This document shows, in pieces, positions 52,808-62,221 of a stretch of 64,000 bases of DNA (the first letter of the stretch is position 1; each line of letters starts with the position of its first letter). This stretch comes from a virus: IMG/VR virus record IMGVR_UViG_3300009068_000024, positions 73,504-137,503 of that record; one strand, 5' to 3'. The notes beneath the pieces are model-generated. The model was not told the DNA's origin, did no database searches, and saw only the letters and a list, made by a program, of their open reading frames with translations. Made by a program: the position numbers and the translations under genes.

Positions 52808-54622
52808 TTATAGCTTACCAGCCTTATCGTCTTTTAGCAACTGTAGTAGTTTGTCTTTATCTTTAACAATCTGTTCAAAGTTATCAGCCTTAGTTTCAAG
52901 AACTTGAATAACACGCTCCTCGATTGTTCCCTCAGTAACGTAATCCATCACAACCACTGAATCGTGGATCTCAGAACCGATTCTGTGAATACGGTCTAGA
53001 GCTTGCTTGTGATCAACTAGTGACCATGGTCTTTGTAGCATAACAAGTCTTCGAGCAGCTGTCAAGGTGACACCAACTCCACCTGCTTGTGCGGTGAATA
53101 GAATCCATTTTATACGACCGGACTGGAAATCGTCAATAGCCTTTTGACGTTCATCTTCATCTTGAGCACCGGTAATTAAACCATGTGCAATACCTTCTTT
53201 AGTTAGGCGTGCGCTTAGAATATCGATTAGCTGACGAGATACGGCACAGACTGCAACAGAATCATCTCCGAAGTCTCCCTCTTTGATGTCATCCATAACA
53301 GCGTCAACCTTACAGGATGGTTCTGCTAAAATTGCTTTAGGCTCTCCAGTAGCTTCATCTACAGACATTTCTGCAAATGAGCTAGCAAACTGTGACAGTC
53401 TAATAGTTTGAGTTAGAACACTGGGTGCTACAACTGCATCACCATTTTCAATCTCGGCAATCATGTTGTCACGCATCTGCTCGTAAGCTTTCTTCTGCTT
53501 AGCTGACATCTCGACGTCGCGACGTTCAAACATCATTTCCGGCAACCAAGGTAGTACACGAGCCTTAAGCATACGACGCATACGAGGGTTGATGGTTGCA
53601 TGGAACTCGTCAGCCATATGAGGCTTTACTCCAAGAACCATCATTCCACCAAAAGCATTAATCATAGTGTCTACCATGCGATCAATCCACTTGGTTTTGC
53701 TAGGCCACTCTTCTGGGGAAATCCAGTGCAGGATTGCCCACATGTCGAGAACGTTATTGGCAATTGGTGTACCAGTAAGTGCGAAACGAATGTCAGCATC
53801 TCCGGTAGCTGCCCATAAAGCACGGGTCTGCTTGGATTTAGGCTCCTTTGAGCGGTGCATTTCATCGGCAATAACTGCTTTGAAATCTATTGAGTTAAGG
53901 TCACGCTTGTGAACTTCACAACGGTTTTCTGAAACTCTATCATCATGCCCACCACACTCTACGCAACGAGCAAGTGCTACTGATCCATAAGGAGCTAGAC
54001 GTGAGTGAGAGCGTAGTGATTCCCAGTTAATTACATAGATGTCTGCCGGAGTTTCAAACTGTTTGCGACGCTGTGCAGCTGATCCTTTAATTACTTGCAC
54101 TGTCGGACCATCTTCTGGCCACCATTTATTGAACTCACGTTGCCAGTTCTTTTTAAGAGTATTAGGGCAAACTATTAGTGCAGGGAACACTGTTTCACCT
54201 TGGTCTTGTAGTGTCTTTAGGGCACGGATAGCCTGAGCTGTTTTACCTAAACCTGGTTCATCGGCAAGTAGTGCACGACGAGCAGTAGTCAAAAACTTCA
54301 CTCCAGCGCGCTGGTGAGGAAATAGGTCTGAATCACCCTCGCCATCTGGAAGTTCTTCTAGATCACGTAAAGCATTGGACGGATCAATTCTATTAGCACG
54401 TTCTGCAATAGCCCATGCTTGAAGACGTTCACCAATAACTAAATCATTTTTAAAGGTAGATCTAAGTGCTAGGCATGTGGCCCAGGAAGTCTGGACACGC
54501 CAAGTTGATGTTTTTGCGTCGTAGCTAGAGCCTGGCACACTTTTGCAAAGCTCTTTGAATCGCCAATCAGCGAAGATGTTGATATGAGAACCAGTCTCAT
54601 TTAGCTCAACTGTTACAGCCAT
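52808..54622 (-). CDS. SNF2-family helicase
   Basis: LADEPGLGKT, DEMH, LTGTP, GGVGVTLT, QALDRIHRIG. Confidence 0.92.
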   Translation of the reverse strand: MAVTVELNETGSHINIFADWRFKELCKSVPGSSYDAKTSTWRVQTSWATCLALRSTFKNDLVIGERLQAWAIAERANRIDPSNALRDLEELPDGEGDSDLFPHQRAGVKFLTTARRALLADEPGLGKTAQAIRALKTLQDQGETVFPALIVCPNTLKKNWQREFNKWWPEDGPTVQVIKGSAAQRRKQFETPADIYVINWESLRSHSRLAPYGSVALARCVECGGHDDRVSENRCEVHKRDLNSIDFKAVIADEMHRSKEPKSKQTRALWAATGDADIRFALTGTPIANNVLDMWAILHWISPEEWPSKTKWIDRMVDTMINAFGGMMVLGVKPHMADEFHATINPRMRRMLKARVLPWLPEMMFERRDVEMSAKQKKAYEQMRDNMIAEIENGDAVVAPSVLTQTIRLSQFASSFAEMSVDEATGEPKAILAEPSCKVDAVMDDIKEGDFGDDSVAVCAVSRQLIDILSARLTKEGIAHGLITGAQDEDERQKAIDDFQSGRIKWILFTAQAGGVGVTLTAARRLVMLQRPWSLVDHKQALDRIHRIGSEIHDSVVVMDYVTEGTIEERVIQVLETKADNFEQIVKDKDKLLQLLKDDKAGKL

Positions 54623-54650
54623 TTAAGCATTTCTTTCTGTCGTTATGAAT

Positions 54651-54700
54651 AGATACTATCAGATATTTTAAAACTTTATTTAAAAAAGTCAATAGTATCT
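54651..54700 (-). promoter_or_regulatory. Sigma70-type promoter bracketed by a 9-bp inverted repeat
   Basis: Minus strand TTGACT-16nt-TAAAAT; AGATACTAT(54651-59)/ATAGTATCT(54692-700). Confidence 0.55.
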
Positions 54701-54704
54701 CTGA

Positions 54705-55175
54705 TTATTTTAGTAATTTTCTAGGGACCCAGCCACTTTTTGCCAATCTTAGCAGGGCGTGTCGGATTGCGTCAAGTGCGTGTCCCTCGCCACCACGGTG
54801 CCAATATTCCAAGATTCTGATCTTTTCATTGTTGAACATAGCTTTAGCATCCGCTGGGGACTGAAAATAGATATCTTCTGGATCTCGTCCAAAATCTAGC
54901 ATGATCTGCTTTAAAATTCCAATTTGTTCCAAGGAATATGGAGCTTGAGAGTTTTTTACAGTTTGTGCGTTGATGGTAAATCTCTCGCATACAACTTCTA
55001 ATCTAGTTTCCCTAGCTTGAGCATAGTTGAAAGCTTTACGAATTGGGTGGGCATATTCATGCTGTTGATATTCCCCGGACCAAAGCATTTCTGGTTCAGA
55101 GTCTGGCTTAACTTCAAACAAAGCAATGCCGCTAGCTTTACCTGGATCTACTGAAAGTATTACTCGTGTTGTCAT
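54705..55175 (-). CDS. RuvC-like Holliday junction resolvase / RNase H-fold nuclease
   Basis: LSVDPG..SG, VVCE.F, H..DA..H. Confidence 0.75.
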   Translation of the reverse strand: MTTRVILSVDPGKASGIALFEVKPDSEPEMLWSGEYQQHEYAHPIRKAFNYAQARETRLEVVCERFTINAQTVKNSQAPYSLEQIGILKQIMLDFGRDPEDIYFQSPADAKAMFNNEKIRILEYWHRGGEGHALDAIRHALLRLAKSGWVPRKLLK

Positions 55176-56998
55176 TATTTGTATTTTTCTCCCCAGTTGT
55201 TTAGTGGACCATCTACATCAGCAGTTAGGGGGACTGCCCAGCCGTCTCGGGTTGTCATGCATTCACGAACTAGCTGTTTAATTTCTTCAGCTTCGCTACG
55301 CGGTGCATTGAGAACTATTTCATCATGTACTGGAACAATAAGATAGTCGGTTAAGTCAGCTCTGTCAAGTTTGATTAAGTTTGCCTTGAATACCTCAGCT
55401 GCTCCACCCTGAATTAGATAATTAACCAGAGTATATACACGATCTTCGTCACAAGGTAAGCGACGTCCGGTCCATGTATGAACATATCCCTGACCCTCGT
55501 CACGAAGTCTACGCATACCAATATCTTCGATTTCCTTTTGAAACGAGATCATTCCGGGGAATCTTTCATCAAAAGCATTAGATACAGCACGCATTTGCTC
55601 TTCCGGAACACCGGCAGTCAAAGCTTGCTTAGCAACACCTGCACCATAAAGGCGTCCATAGACTACACCTTTGATTAGATTACGACGCTTGTCAGACTTA
55701 ACCATTGATGGGTCCTGATAAATTTCTCGACCAATCTCGGTAAAAGGATCAGAGCCAGTTGCATCGGCAAGGTTGAACAAGTTAATTAGGTTTGGATCTT
55801 TAGATAAAGATGCAAACATGCGAAACTCTACCTGATCAAGGTCCGAAGTAATAATTACGTGGTCATCGTCCTTAGGTAGAAACGCACGACGTACAGTGTC
55901 ATCACCCTTAGGTAGAGTCTGCAAAGCGGGAGCCGTGATAGACATACGTCCAGTACGGGCACCCATAGTTTTTACAGACGGGTGTACAAATCCATTGACG
56001 TTATCATTAATAAAATTTAAGAAGTAGGTGCTAGCAAGCTTGTCAGCTTTACGTTGTTTTAAAACAATTTCTGCCAGCTCTCTTACTTGCGGATTTCCAT
56101 CAATAATTAGTTTTTTGAGCTGATCAGCTGAAGCAGACTTTTGACCCGATGGTGTGAGTTCTGTAATTTCTGCTCCAAGAGTTTCTAAAAGTCTGACTAG
56201 TTGAACGTTACTTGTAATGGATGCTCCCCCGTACATACCCTTAGCCCAGTCTTTAACTGATTCAGAGTAAGCAGTAAGTTCATCATATTTTTTGTGAGAG
56301 TAGTCGAGATCGATTCGGGCACCGTTAAGTTCCATACGGGTAACAATTTTACGGGCAGCCATCTCAAGTTCGTAAGCCTGACTATAAGGTTTTCCGGGTC
56401 CACACTTCTCCCAGAATTGCTCAAACAAACGCATAGTAAGAACTGTATCTAGAGCACCATACGCCCAGTAAGGTTCAAAGTTAGTTGGAACAGTGCCCCA
56501 TGTCCAGCCGTTTTTAGACAGTTCTTCATCAAGGTGAGCTTGTAGTGCAGCAGCTTTAGGGTCTACATATTGAGAAGTAAGTTTCTTAAGAGCACCAGAT
56601 CCTAGTGGATCTAGCAACTGAGCCATGATCATGGTGTCATGCGAACGGTGCCAAGGCATACGCCAGCGCGATCTAATTTCAAACCATTTGGCTTCGAATG
56701 CAATATTGTGGCAAACAATCTGTCCATCAAACTTGTCCATAGCTTCATAGAAAACTCCACCCCATTCATTCCAGGGTATAGACCATCCGGTCATTCCGTC
56801 GCCAACTTGTACCAAACGCAGATCGCCATGCCACGGAGATAAAGCATCTGAGCGTGGACGTCCTTCGCGTTCTCCAGTTTCAGTGTCAATAGCTATGGCA
56901 TCATATGGTCGACGTTCTCCCAGCCAAGTTATAAACTTGCCGGCAGACTCTACGCTATCAACCAGATGGAGTTGTACATCATTTAATCCGTTTGTCAT
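55175..56998 (-). CDS. polA: DNA polymerase family A with 3'-5' exonuclease
   Basis: AIDTETG, HN..FE, YGALD; motif A DLDQVEFR, motif B R..IKGVVYG..YG, motif C VHDE. Confidence 0.95.
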   Translation of the reverse strand: MTNGLNDVQLHLVDSVESAGKFITWLGERRPYDAIAIDTETGEREGRPRSDALSPWHGDLRLVQVGDGMTGWSIPWNEWGGVFYEAMDKFDGQIVCHNIAFEAKWFEIRSRWRMPWHRSHDTMIMAQLLDPLGSGALKKLTSQYVDPKAAALQAHLDEELSKNGWTWGTVPTNFEPYWAYGALDTVLTMRLFEQFWEKCGPGKPYSQAYELEMAARKIVTRMELNGARIDLDYSHKKYDELTAYSESVKDWAKGMYGGASITSNVQLVRLLETLGAEITELTPSGQKSASADQLKKLIIDGNPQVRELAEIVLKQRKADKLASTYFLNFINDNVNGFVHPSVKTMGARTGRMSITAPALQTLPKGDDTVRRAFLPKDDDHVIITSDLDQVEFRMFASLSKDPNLINLFNLADATGSDPFTEIGREIYQDPSMVKSDKRRNLIKGVVYGRLYGAGVAKQALTAGVPEEQMRAVSNAFDERFPGMISFQKEIEDIGMRRLRDEGQGYVHTWTGRRLPCDEDRVYTLVNYLIQGGAAEVFKANLIKLDRADLTDYLIVPVHDEIVLNAPRSEAEEIKQLVRECMTTRDGWAVPLTADVDGPLNNWGEKYK

Positions 56999-57018
56999 TT
57001 TCGTCCTTGTATTTATTT

Positions 57019-57264
57019 TTAAAGTAGATCTAATCCATCATCTGGATCATCAAAATCCATTGGAGGAGTTTCCGGGGAATCACGCATATCTTTATTTGGA
57101 AGCATAGCTCCAAAAGCTACAGTCATTCCAACTATATGAGTTGCTTCTTTTTCAGTAAACCCTCCACGTTGTAAAGATTGATACATCTCGTGGAGCTCTA
57201 TAGCAACCATGTCCATGTGGGGTATTGAAAAAACTTCAGTCTGATTATTATCCATATCAGACAT
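57019..57264 (-). CDS. Hypothetical protein
   Basis: HEMYQSLQRGGFTEKEA segment; likely start MSDMD at 57264, after the upstream stop. Confidence 0.65.
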   Translation of the reverse strand: MSDMDNNQTEVFSIPHMDMVAIELHEMYQSLQRGGFTEKEATHIVGMTVAFGAMLPNKDMRDSPETPPMDFDDPDDGLDLL

Positions 57265-57274
57265 ACTAGTGGGT

Positions 57275-57751
57275 TTATGGAATAATTTCAAATTTATAGA
57301 TTTTTTCAATCCCTGTGTCGTTTTTACCAGCATTTTCAAGAAGATTCTGAGCAACATAAGTTAGGTACTTTGATCCATTCTCGTCGTATTTGTACAATGC
57401 ATCTAGGATAGCACTAGCTTCAGCACTAACTTGAGCCCAAAAACGATCTTTTTCTGGAAAAACTAATTCAGCTTCTTGAGTTGGTCTACATTGTTCACAC
57501 GGAGTAGATGATTTAGTTAAAAGATTGTAGTCTATTTCATGTAGATCATATCTTTTAACTAACGGACATGCTGCACCGTGAAAGATTAAGGAGACACCTA
57601 CTCTAGACAAAACGTAAGATCCGCTCTCGGTTTTATAGAGTGCAAACTCTATCCATCGATTGGATCCACGTTTGTAAGAGCTAGATTTTCCAAGCAGCTT
57701 GCCGTTAAATTGAAGCGTTCTAGCTCCATCTTTAACTTCAAAAGTGCTCAT
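57275..57751 (-). CDS. Hypothetical protein
   Basis: 158-aa ORF with H..C..C..C. Confidence 0.7.
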   Translation of the reverse strand: MSTFEVKDGARTLQFNGKLLGKSSSYKRGSNRWIEFALYKTESGSYVLSRVGVSLIFHGAACPLVKRYDLHEIDYNLLTKSSTPCEQCRPTQEAELVFPEKDRFWAQVSAEASAILDALYKYDENGSKYLTYVAQNLLENAGKNDTGIEKIYKFEIIP

Positions 57752-57754
57752 GGG

Positions 57755-57940
57755 TTACTTTTTATCTTTAGATTCTTTTCCAGTGAGTTCAGCTAGCTGC
57801 TTTTCTAGTTCTGCAACTTTAGATCTTTCGGCACCAAGAAGGGCTTCAAGTTCTGCGTTCAGATTCATAGAGCGAGTTAGTTGTTCACGGGTAATGTTTA
57901 GTACATTTCCGATTAGTTCAATTTGGTCTTGTTCAGCCAT
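57755..57940 (-). CDS. Small coiled-coil hypothetical protein
   Basis: 61 aa with a heptad pattern. Confidence 0.7.
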   Translation of the reverse strand: MAEQDQIELIGNVLNITREQLTRSMNLNAELEALLGAERSKVAELEKQLAELTGKESKDKK

Positions 57941-58089
57941 TTGTCTTCCTTAATTTGTAATTTGTATTTATTTTACTTGCTAAATAATTCTATCGTACTT
58001 AATTTTATCTGATTTTTACTATTTAAATCATATTTTAGTGGATAAATATGATACTTTGATATACTGAACACATTAAAGAGTAGGTATAA

Positions 58090-59115
58090 ATGACTTCAAA
58101 TAATTTGGTTCAAAGATCAATTTTTCAGGGGGGCAGGATTGCTCCTATTATTATATCAGATAAACTAACTTCAGGTACTGGACTTATGAATCCATCTGTT
58201 TTTGTTAATTCAAAAGATGAGATTTTTGTAAATTTACGTCATGTAAATTACACTCTTTATCATTCGGAAAACGAGCAGCATTTTATTGGACGCTGGGGGC
58301 CACTTGCATATCTACATCCTGAAACTGATCAGGCTCTTAGAACCACTAACTATATATGCAAATTAGATGACAATTTGTCTATAGCTGGTTATGGTGTAGT
58401 CGATACTTCAGAACTAGATGTGCAACCTTTATGGGAGTTTACTGGTGAAGAAGATTGTCGCCTCGTTGAGTGGGATGGTAAACACTACATCATTGGAGTT
58501 AGAAGAGATACGACAACTCATGGTGAGGGTCGTATGGAACTTAGCGAGATTACTATCAATGAGGGGACTTGGGAAATAAAAGAAGTATCTCGTATTCGTA
58601 TTCCTGCTCCCGGTGATAATAATTCTTACTGCGAAAAGAACTGGATGCCGATTCTTGATAAACCGTTTCATTTTGTGAAGTGGACATCTCCAACTGAAGT
58701 TGTTAGAACTTATCCAGAGCTTCCATCGAGATGTGATCAAGTATCTCTTAATCATGGTTTAACTTCATTAAAAGATCAAAGGGGTGGTTCTCAGGTGGTT
58801 AAATGGGGAAATTTTTATATTGCAATAACTCACGAGGTTGATCTATTTAAAAATTATTTAGGACAAAAAGATGGGTTATACAAACATAAAATTGCAATTT
58901 GGGATGAAAATTTTAAATTAATTGGTCTTTCTACTAAACCATTTACGTTGCTTAATGCAAATATTGAATTTGTAGCTGGAGCTGCAATTTATAAAAATGA
59001 TCTTTTAATATCTTTTGGGTTTCAAGACAATGCATCTTATATACTTCAAATTCCAAATGTAGTTGTGGAAGAATTAATTTCTGATGCTTTATTAGCTGAT
59101 CGACTGAAGGAGTAG
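58090..59115 (+). CDS. Five-bladed beta-propeller glycoside hydrolase/phosphorylase-like protein
   Basis: NPSV, EDCRL, EKNWMP, RGGSQ, IEFVAG, ISFGFQD motifs. Confidence 0.65.
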   Translation: MTSNNLVQRSIFQGGRIAPIIISDKLTSGTGLMNPSVFVNSKDEIFVNLRHVNYTLYHSENEQHFIGRWGPLAYLHPETDQALRTTNYICKLDDNLSIAGYGVVDTSELDVQPLWEFTGEEDCRLVEWDGKHYIIGVRRDTTTHGEGRMELSEITINEGTWEIKEVSRIRIPAPGDNNSYCEKNWMPILDKPFHFVKWTSPTEVVRTYPELPSRCDQVSLNHGLTSLKDQRGGSQVVKWGNFYIAITHEVDLFKNYLGQKDGLYKHKIAIWDENFKLIGLSTKPFTLLNANIEFVAGAAIYKNDLLISFGFQDNASYILQIPNVVVEELISDALLADRLKE

Positions 59116-59121
59116 TTATTA

Positions 59122-59856
59122 ATGTATGAGCAATATTGGAAAGATAATACTTATGAGATCTCGAATCGAGTTTCAAATGTAAAAAAACTTTTAAAAACTT
59201 CTACCCCTTTAAATACTAAATTTATACGTAAAGGTAGTGTCGGGGATGGTGGGTATATTATTGCAGATGATATTAAGTCAGATGATTATCTAGTGTCTTT
59301 TGGTATCGATAACAATGTAGATTTTGAAAAATCAATAAGTGATTATGGTTGTAAATCAGATTTATACGATAACTCTATTGATGATCTTCCATCATCTGTA
59401 AAAAATTCAAGATTTTTTAAAAAAACTATTGGTATACATGAGAATCAGGTTTCTTTAGAAGAATCTTTAAAAGATATAACTGAAGATATTATTTTAAAAG
59501 TAGATATTGAAGGAGCGGAATGGGATATATTTTCTGAAGTTTCTATAGAAGACCTATCTAAATGTAGACAAATATTGATGGAAGTTCATTGGATGCAAAA
59601 TCTAAATGATGAGAATTTTTACAACAGAGCAATTTTAGCTTTTACTAAACTACGCAGCACTCATACCCCGGTTTTTATACATGCAAATAATAATGTTCCT
59701 CTTATGGTGTTGGGGAATTCTCCGGTTCCAATGGTTTTTGAGATTCTCTATCTTAGAACTAATGACTATATTTTTGAAGAAAATAAAGATTTATTTGAAG
59801 GTTTAGTAACTAGAAATGATGTAAATTTTCCAGAGATAGGTCTCAGTTTTCCATGA
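59122..59856 (+). CDS. FkbM-like SAM methyltransferase
   Basis: R.G..GDGGY, SFGI...VDFE, LKVDIEGAEW, Q...EVH, HANN. Confidence 0.8.
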   Translation: MYEQYWKDNTYEISNRVSNVKKLLKTSTPLNTKFIRKGSVGDGGYIIADDIKSDDYLVSFGIDNNVDFEKSISDYGCKSDLYDNSIDDLPSSVKNSRFFKKTIGIHENQVSLEESLKDITEDIILKVDIEGAEWDIFSEVSIEDLSKCRQILMEVHWMQNLNDENFYNRAILAFTKLRSTHTPVFIHANNNVPLMVLGNSPVPMVFEILYLRTNDYIFEENKDLFEGLVTRNDVNFPEIGLSFP

Positions 59857-60422
59857 GTATAACTAATATTAAAGATTTAATGATTGAATTTGCTGAAAAT
59901 CCATTTGATGCCTCTATTAATTTTAAATTAGCATTAGAGTACGATTCATTGGGTCAGCCTGCATCTGCTGTTTCTTACTACTTACGTGCAGCTGAATATG
60001 GATACAAAACTGATCAACTTATTGTTTATACTTCACTTTTAAAAATGTCTTTATGTTTTGAAAAGCAGGGTGATAGGAAACATGCAGTGTCTAACTCTAT
60101 ACTTCAAGCAATTGCCTATTTACCTAAAAGACCAGAAGCTTATTTTCTTTTATCTAAATTTTATGAAAAAAATAGTAGCTGGCAAGAGTGCTATACACAT
60201 GCAGCAATTGGAATGTCAACATTAGACAATCCTTTAGTCAGATTGCCAGCAATTATTGACGGCTACCACGGAGACTATGTTTTAGAATTTCAAATGGCTG
60301 TAAGTGCCTGGTGGATCGGACAAAAAGATGAAAGTTTAAAGATTTTATTAAAGTTAAAAAATTTACCTATGTCTAGCGATTATGAAACTGCAGTAAAGAA
60401 TAATCTAAATATAATTTTATAA
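59853..60422 (+). CDS. TPR-repeat protein
   Basis: A.SYYLRAAE, AIAYLPKRPEAYFLLS helical repeats. Confidence 0.75.
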   Translation: MSITNIKDLMIEFAENPFDASINFKLALEYDSLGQPASAVSYYLRAAEYGYKTDQLIVYTSLLKMSLCFEKQGDRKHAVSNSILQAIAYLPKRPEAYFLLSKFYEKNSSWQECYTHAAIGMSTLDNPLVRLPAIIDGYHGDYVLEFQMAVSAWWIGQKDESLKILLKLKNLPMSSDYETAVKNNLNIIL

Positions 60423-60641
60423 TTAGTTTGAAAATATTTTAGCTTTAGTGCCATCCCATATGACTGTGCCGATGCAAACTATATTCCACTTAACTACCCC
60501 ATTTTCTATAGATTTTTCTCCGACAGCCGTTCCTTTAATTTCTATATCAGATGCTAAAAACTCTTTATCATCTATAAAAATACGCCAAGGAAGAGATCCA
60601 TCGGTGTCTTTGGTATTAAATCTAATTTTTATTTTGCTCAA
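60423..60641 (-). CDS. Hypothetical protein
   Basis: 72 aa, overlaps the upstream gene end, converges on the TPR gene. Confidence 0.65.
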   Translation of the reverse strand: MSKIKIRFNTKDTDGSLPWRIFIDDKEFLASDIEIKGTAVGEKSIENGVVKWNIVCIGTVIWDGTKAKIFSN

Positions 60642-61377
60642 GTTCAGCTCGCTTTTTAGTAGCAGAAATAGCTTGAAGTTCTGGGCTTAGTTCGATGTGT
60701 TCAATTTTATAACCAACATCACGCCCGTAAACAATATTTGTAATGTTTGGCAGCCTTAATTTTAAAGTATCTGGTTCATCTGGAATAAGCTCAACTACTT
60801 GTTGAAAAGTAAAAGGATCTTTTTCAGAAGTATCATAGGTATTACGAATACCAACAAGAACTTGCTCTGTGCGTTCATGTGCTTGCTCTTTTAGTGCTTG
60901 ATGTCCCTCGTGCCAAGGCTGGTAGCGACCAAGCATTAAAGTTGTCGGAGCAGACCAGTCAAATAAACCAAATTTTTCTATAACTTCATTAGCCATTTCT
61001 TTATCTGATTTCCACTCATAAAAAGTATGATCAGCATCGACTACAGGGATCCACATAGCGTCGGTGTCAGCAAAGCGACTAGAAGCAATAGTGTTCATTA
61101 CAATTTTAATGTCTGGGGTGCCAAAAGCTTTGCGAGTCGCTTTAGTTGGGCAAATAAAATCAACAATAACTGTATGGCCTTGTTTAGATAACAATCTAGC
61201 CATCTCACCTAGGCGACGAGCATTTTCTGCTCTATCTTTTTCACTGAACCCGAGGTCTGAATTTAAAGTAGATCTGACTTCATCTGCATTAAGATGAATT
61301 GCGTTTAGACGCTCTTTTAGAGCTTCAGCTAGAGTTGTTTTACCTGAGCCTGGTAGTCCTAGGATTTGAATAATCAT
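60622..61377 (-). CDS. Adenylylsulfate (APS) kinase-like domain fused to an HxGH nucleotidyltransferase domain
   Basis: GLPGSGKTT, LNADEVR, LGFSEKDRAENARR, FICP; then LGRYQPWHEGH..KDPF..ISATK.R. Confidence 0.85.
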   Translation of the reverse strand: MIIQILGLPGSGKTTLAEALKERLNAIHLNADEVRSTLNSDLGFSEKDRAENARRLGEMARLLSKQGHTVIVDFICPTKATRKAFGTPDIKIVMNTIASSRFADTDAMWIPVVDADHTFYEWKSDKEMANEVIEKFGLFDWSAPTTLMLGRYQPWHEGHQALKEQAHERTEQVLVGIRNTYDTSEKDPFTFQQVVELIPDEPDTLKLRLPNITNIVYGRDVGYKIEHIELSPELQAISATKKRAELEQNKN

Positions 61378-62213
61378 TGTAGTTTTGCCTTTGCGTAATT
61401 ATATATTTCTAAGTCTAATGCGTTATTAGCATATATAAGGTCGATGTCGTCCTGTGTGAGCAAGGCTTTTAGGGACTGAGTTGTGTAGGTTGTACCATCT
61501 GAATCGGTGTAACTACTGAAGTTTACATACGGAGCGCCTGTTTTTGTCATTATTTCTGCGTTTATGTCCAAATACTCTTGCTTGATATCTACTTGATAAT
61601 TGTCAAGAATCCACTGAAAAACTTTATCCGTAAATTCACTATGTTTTTCAGTAATGCCTAATATGGTTATTTTATCTACAGTGCTTTTAGCAATTTCTAG
61701 GGATGTAGAATCTTCAAGAAACCAGTCTTTATAGTAATCTTTATACATTTCTGCTCTATTAAGTTCTATTAAAGAACCGTCTTCTCTGTAGACAGACACA
61801 TTATTTATTCTAAAAGAGTCGTCGTCTATTTGACTAGACAAAAACCTAGTGACTAAATTATTTTTTGAATAGTCAGGATCTTCTAATAGATAGTAACGCA
61901 TTTTTTCATAAATTGAATTTAAATTTTTATACGGTTCTTTTTCTTGAAGTTCATTATTCATAAGTAGCCAAATAAAATTACTTACCACCCTGTCTAAAGG
62001 CTCTCTAATTAGGCAAGCACTTTCTATCTCTGGGTATTCTGTAAGTGGTTTGATCCCAAAATGACCATGAATGTAGGCAAACTTTTTGTAGTCATATATG
62101 CCGAATGGTGAGTATGGGTATGAAAGAATGTTTTTAAGATTAAGTAATCTAGCAATTGTTCTTACTGCTAATCCGCCGGTTTTGGGTATGTGTAGCATGT
62201 AAAGTGTTTTCAT
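61374..62213 (-). CDS. Sulfotransferase-family protein
   Basis: HIPKTGG (5'-PSB-like), GHFG, IREPLDRVVS (3'-PB-like), N.LD.E.Y..AK. Confidence 0.85.
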   Translation of the reverse strand: MKTLYMLHIPKTGGLAVRTIARLLNLKNILSYPYSPFGIYDYKKFAYIHGHFGIKPLTEYPEIESACLIREPLDRVVSNFIWLLMNNELQEKEPYKNLNSIYEKMRYYLLEDPDYSKNNLVTRFLSSQIDDDSFRINNVSVYREDGSLIELNRAEMYKDYYKDWFLEDSTSLEIAKSTVDKITILGITEKHSEFTDKVFQWILDNYQVDIKQEYLDINAEIMTKTGAPYVNFSSYTDSDGTTYTTQSLKALLTQDDIDLIYANNALDLEIYNYAKAKLQ

Positions 62214-62221
62214 GATGACTC

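Noticed and set aside
52808-56998. Inteins or introns in the helicase or polymerase
   Set aside because: Lengths are normal, motifs are contiguous, and no intein termini or homing endonuclease motifs were seen.
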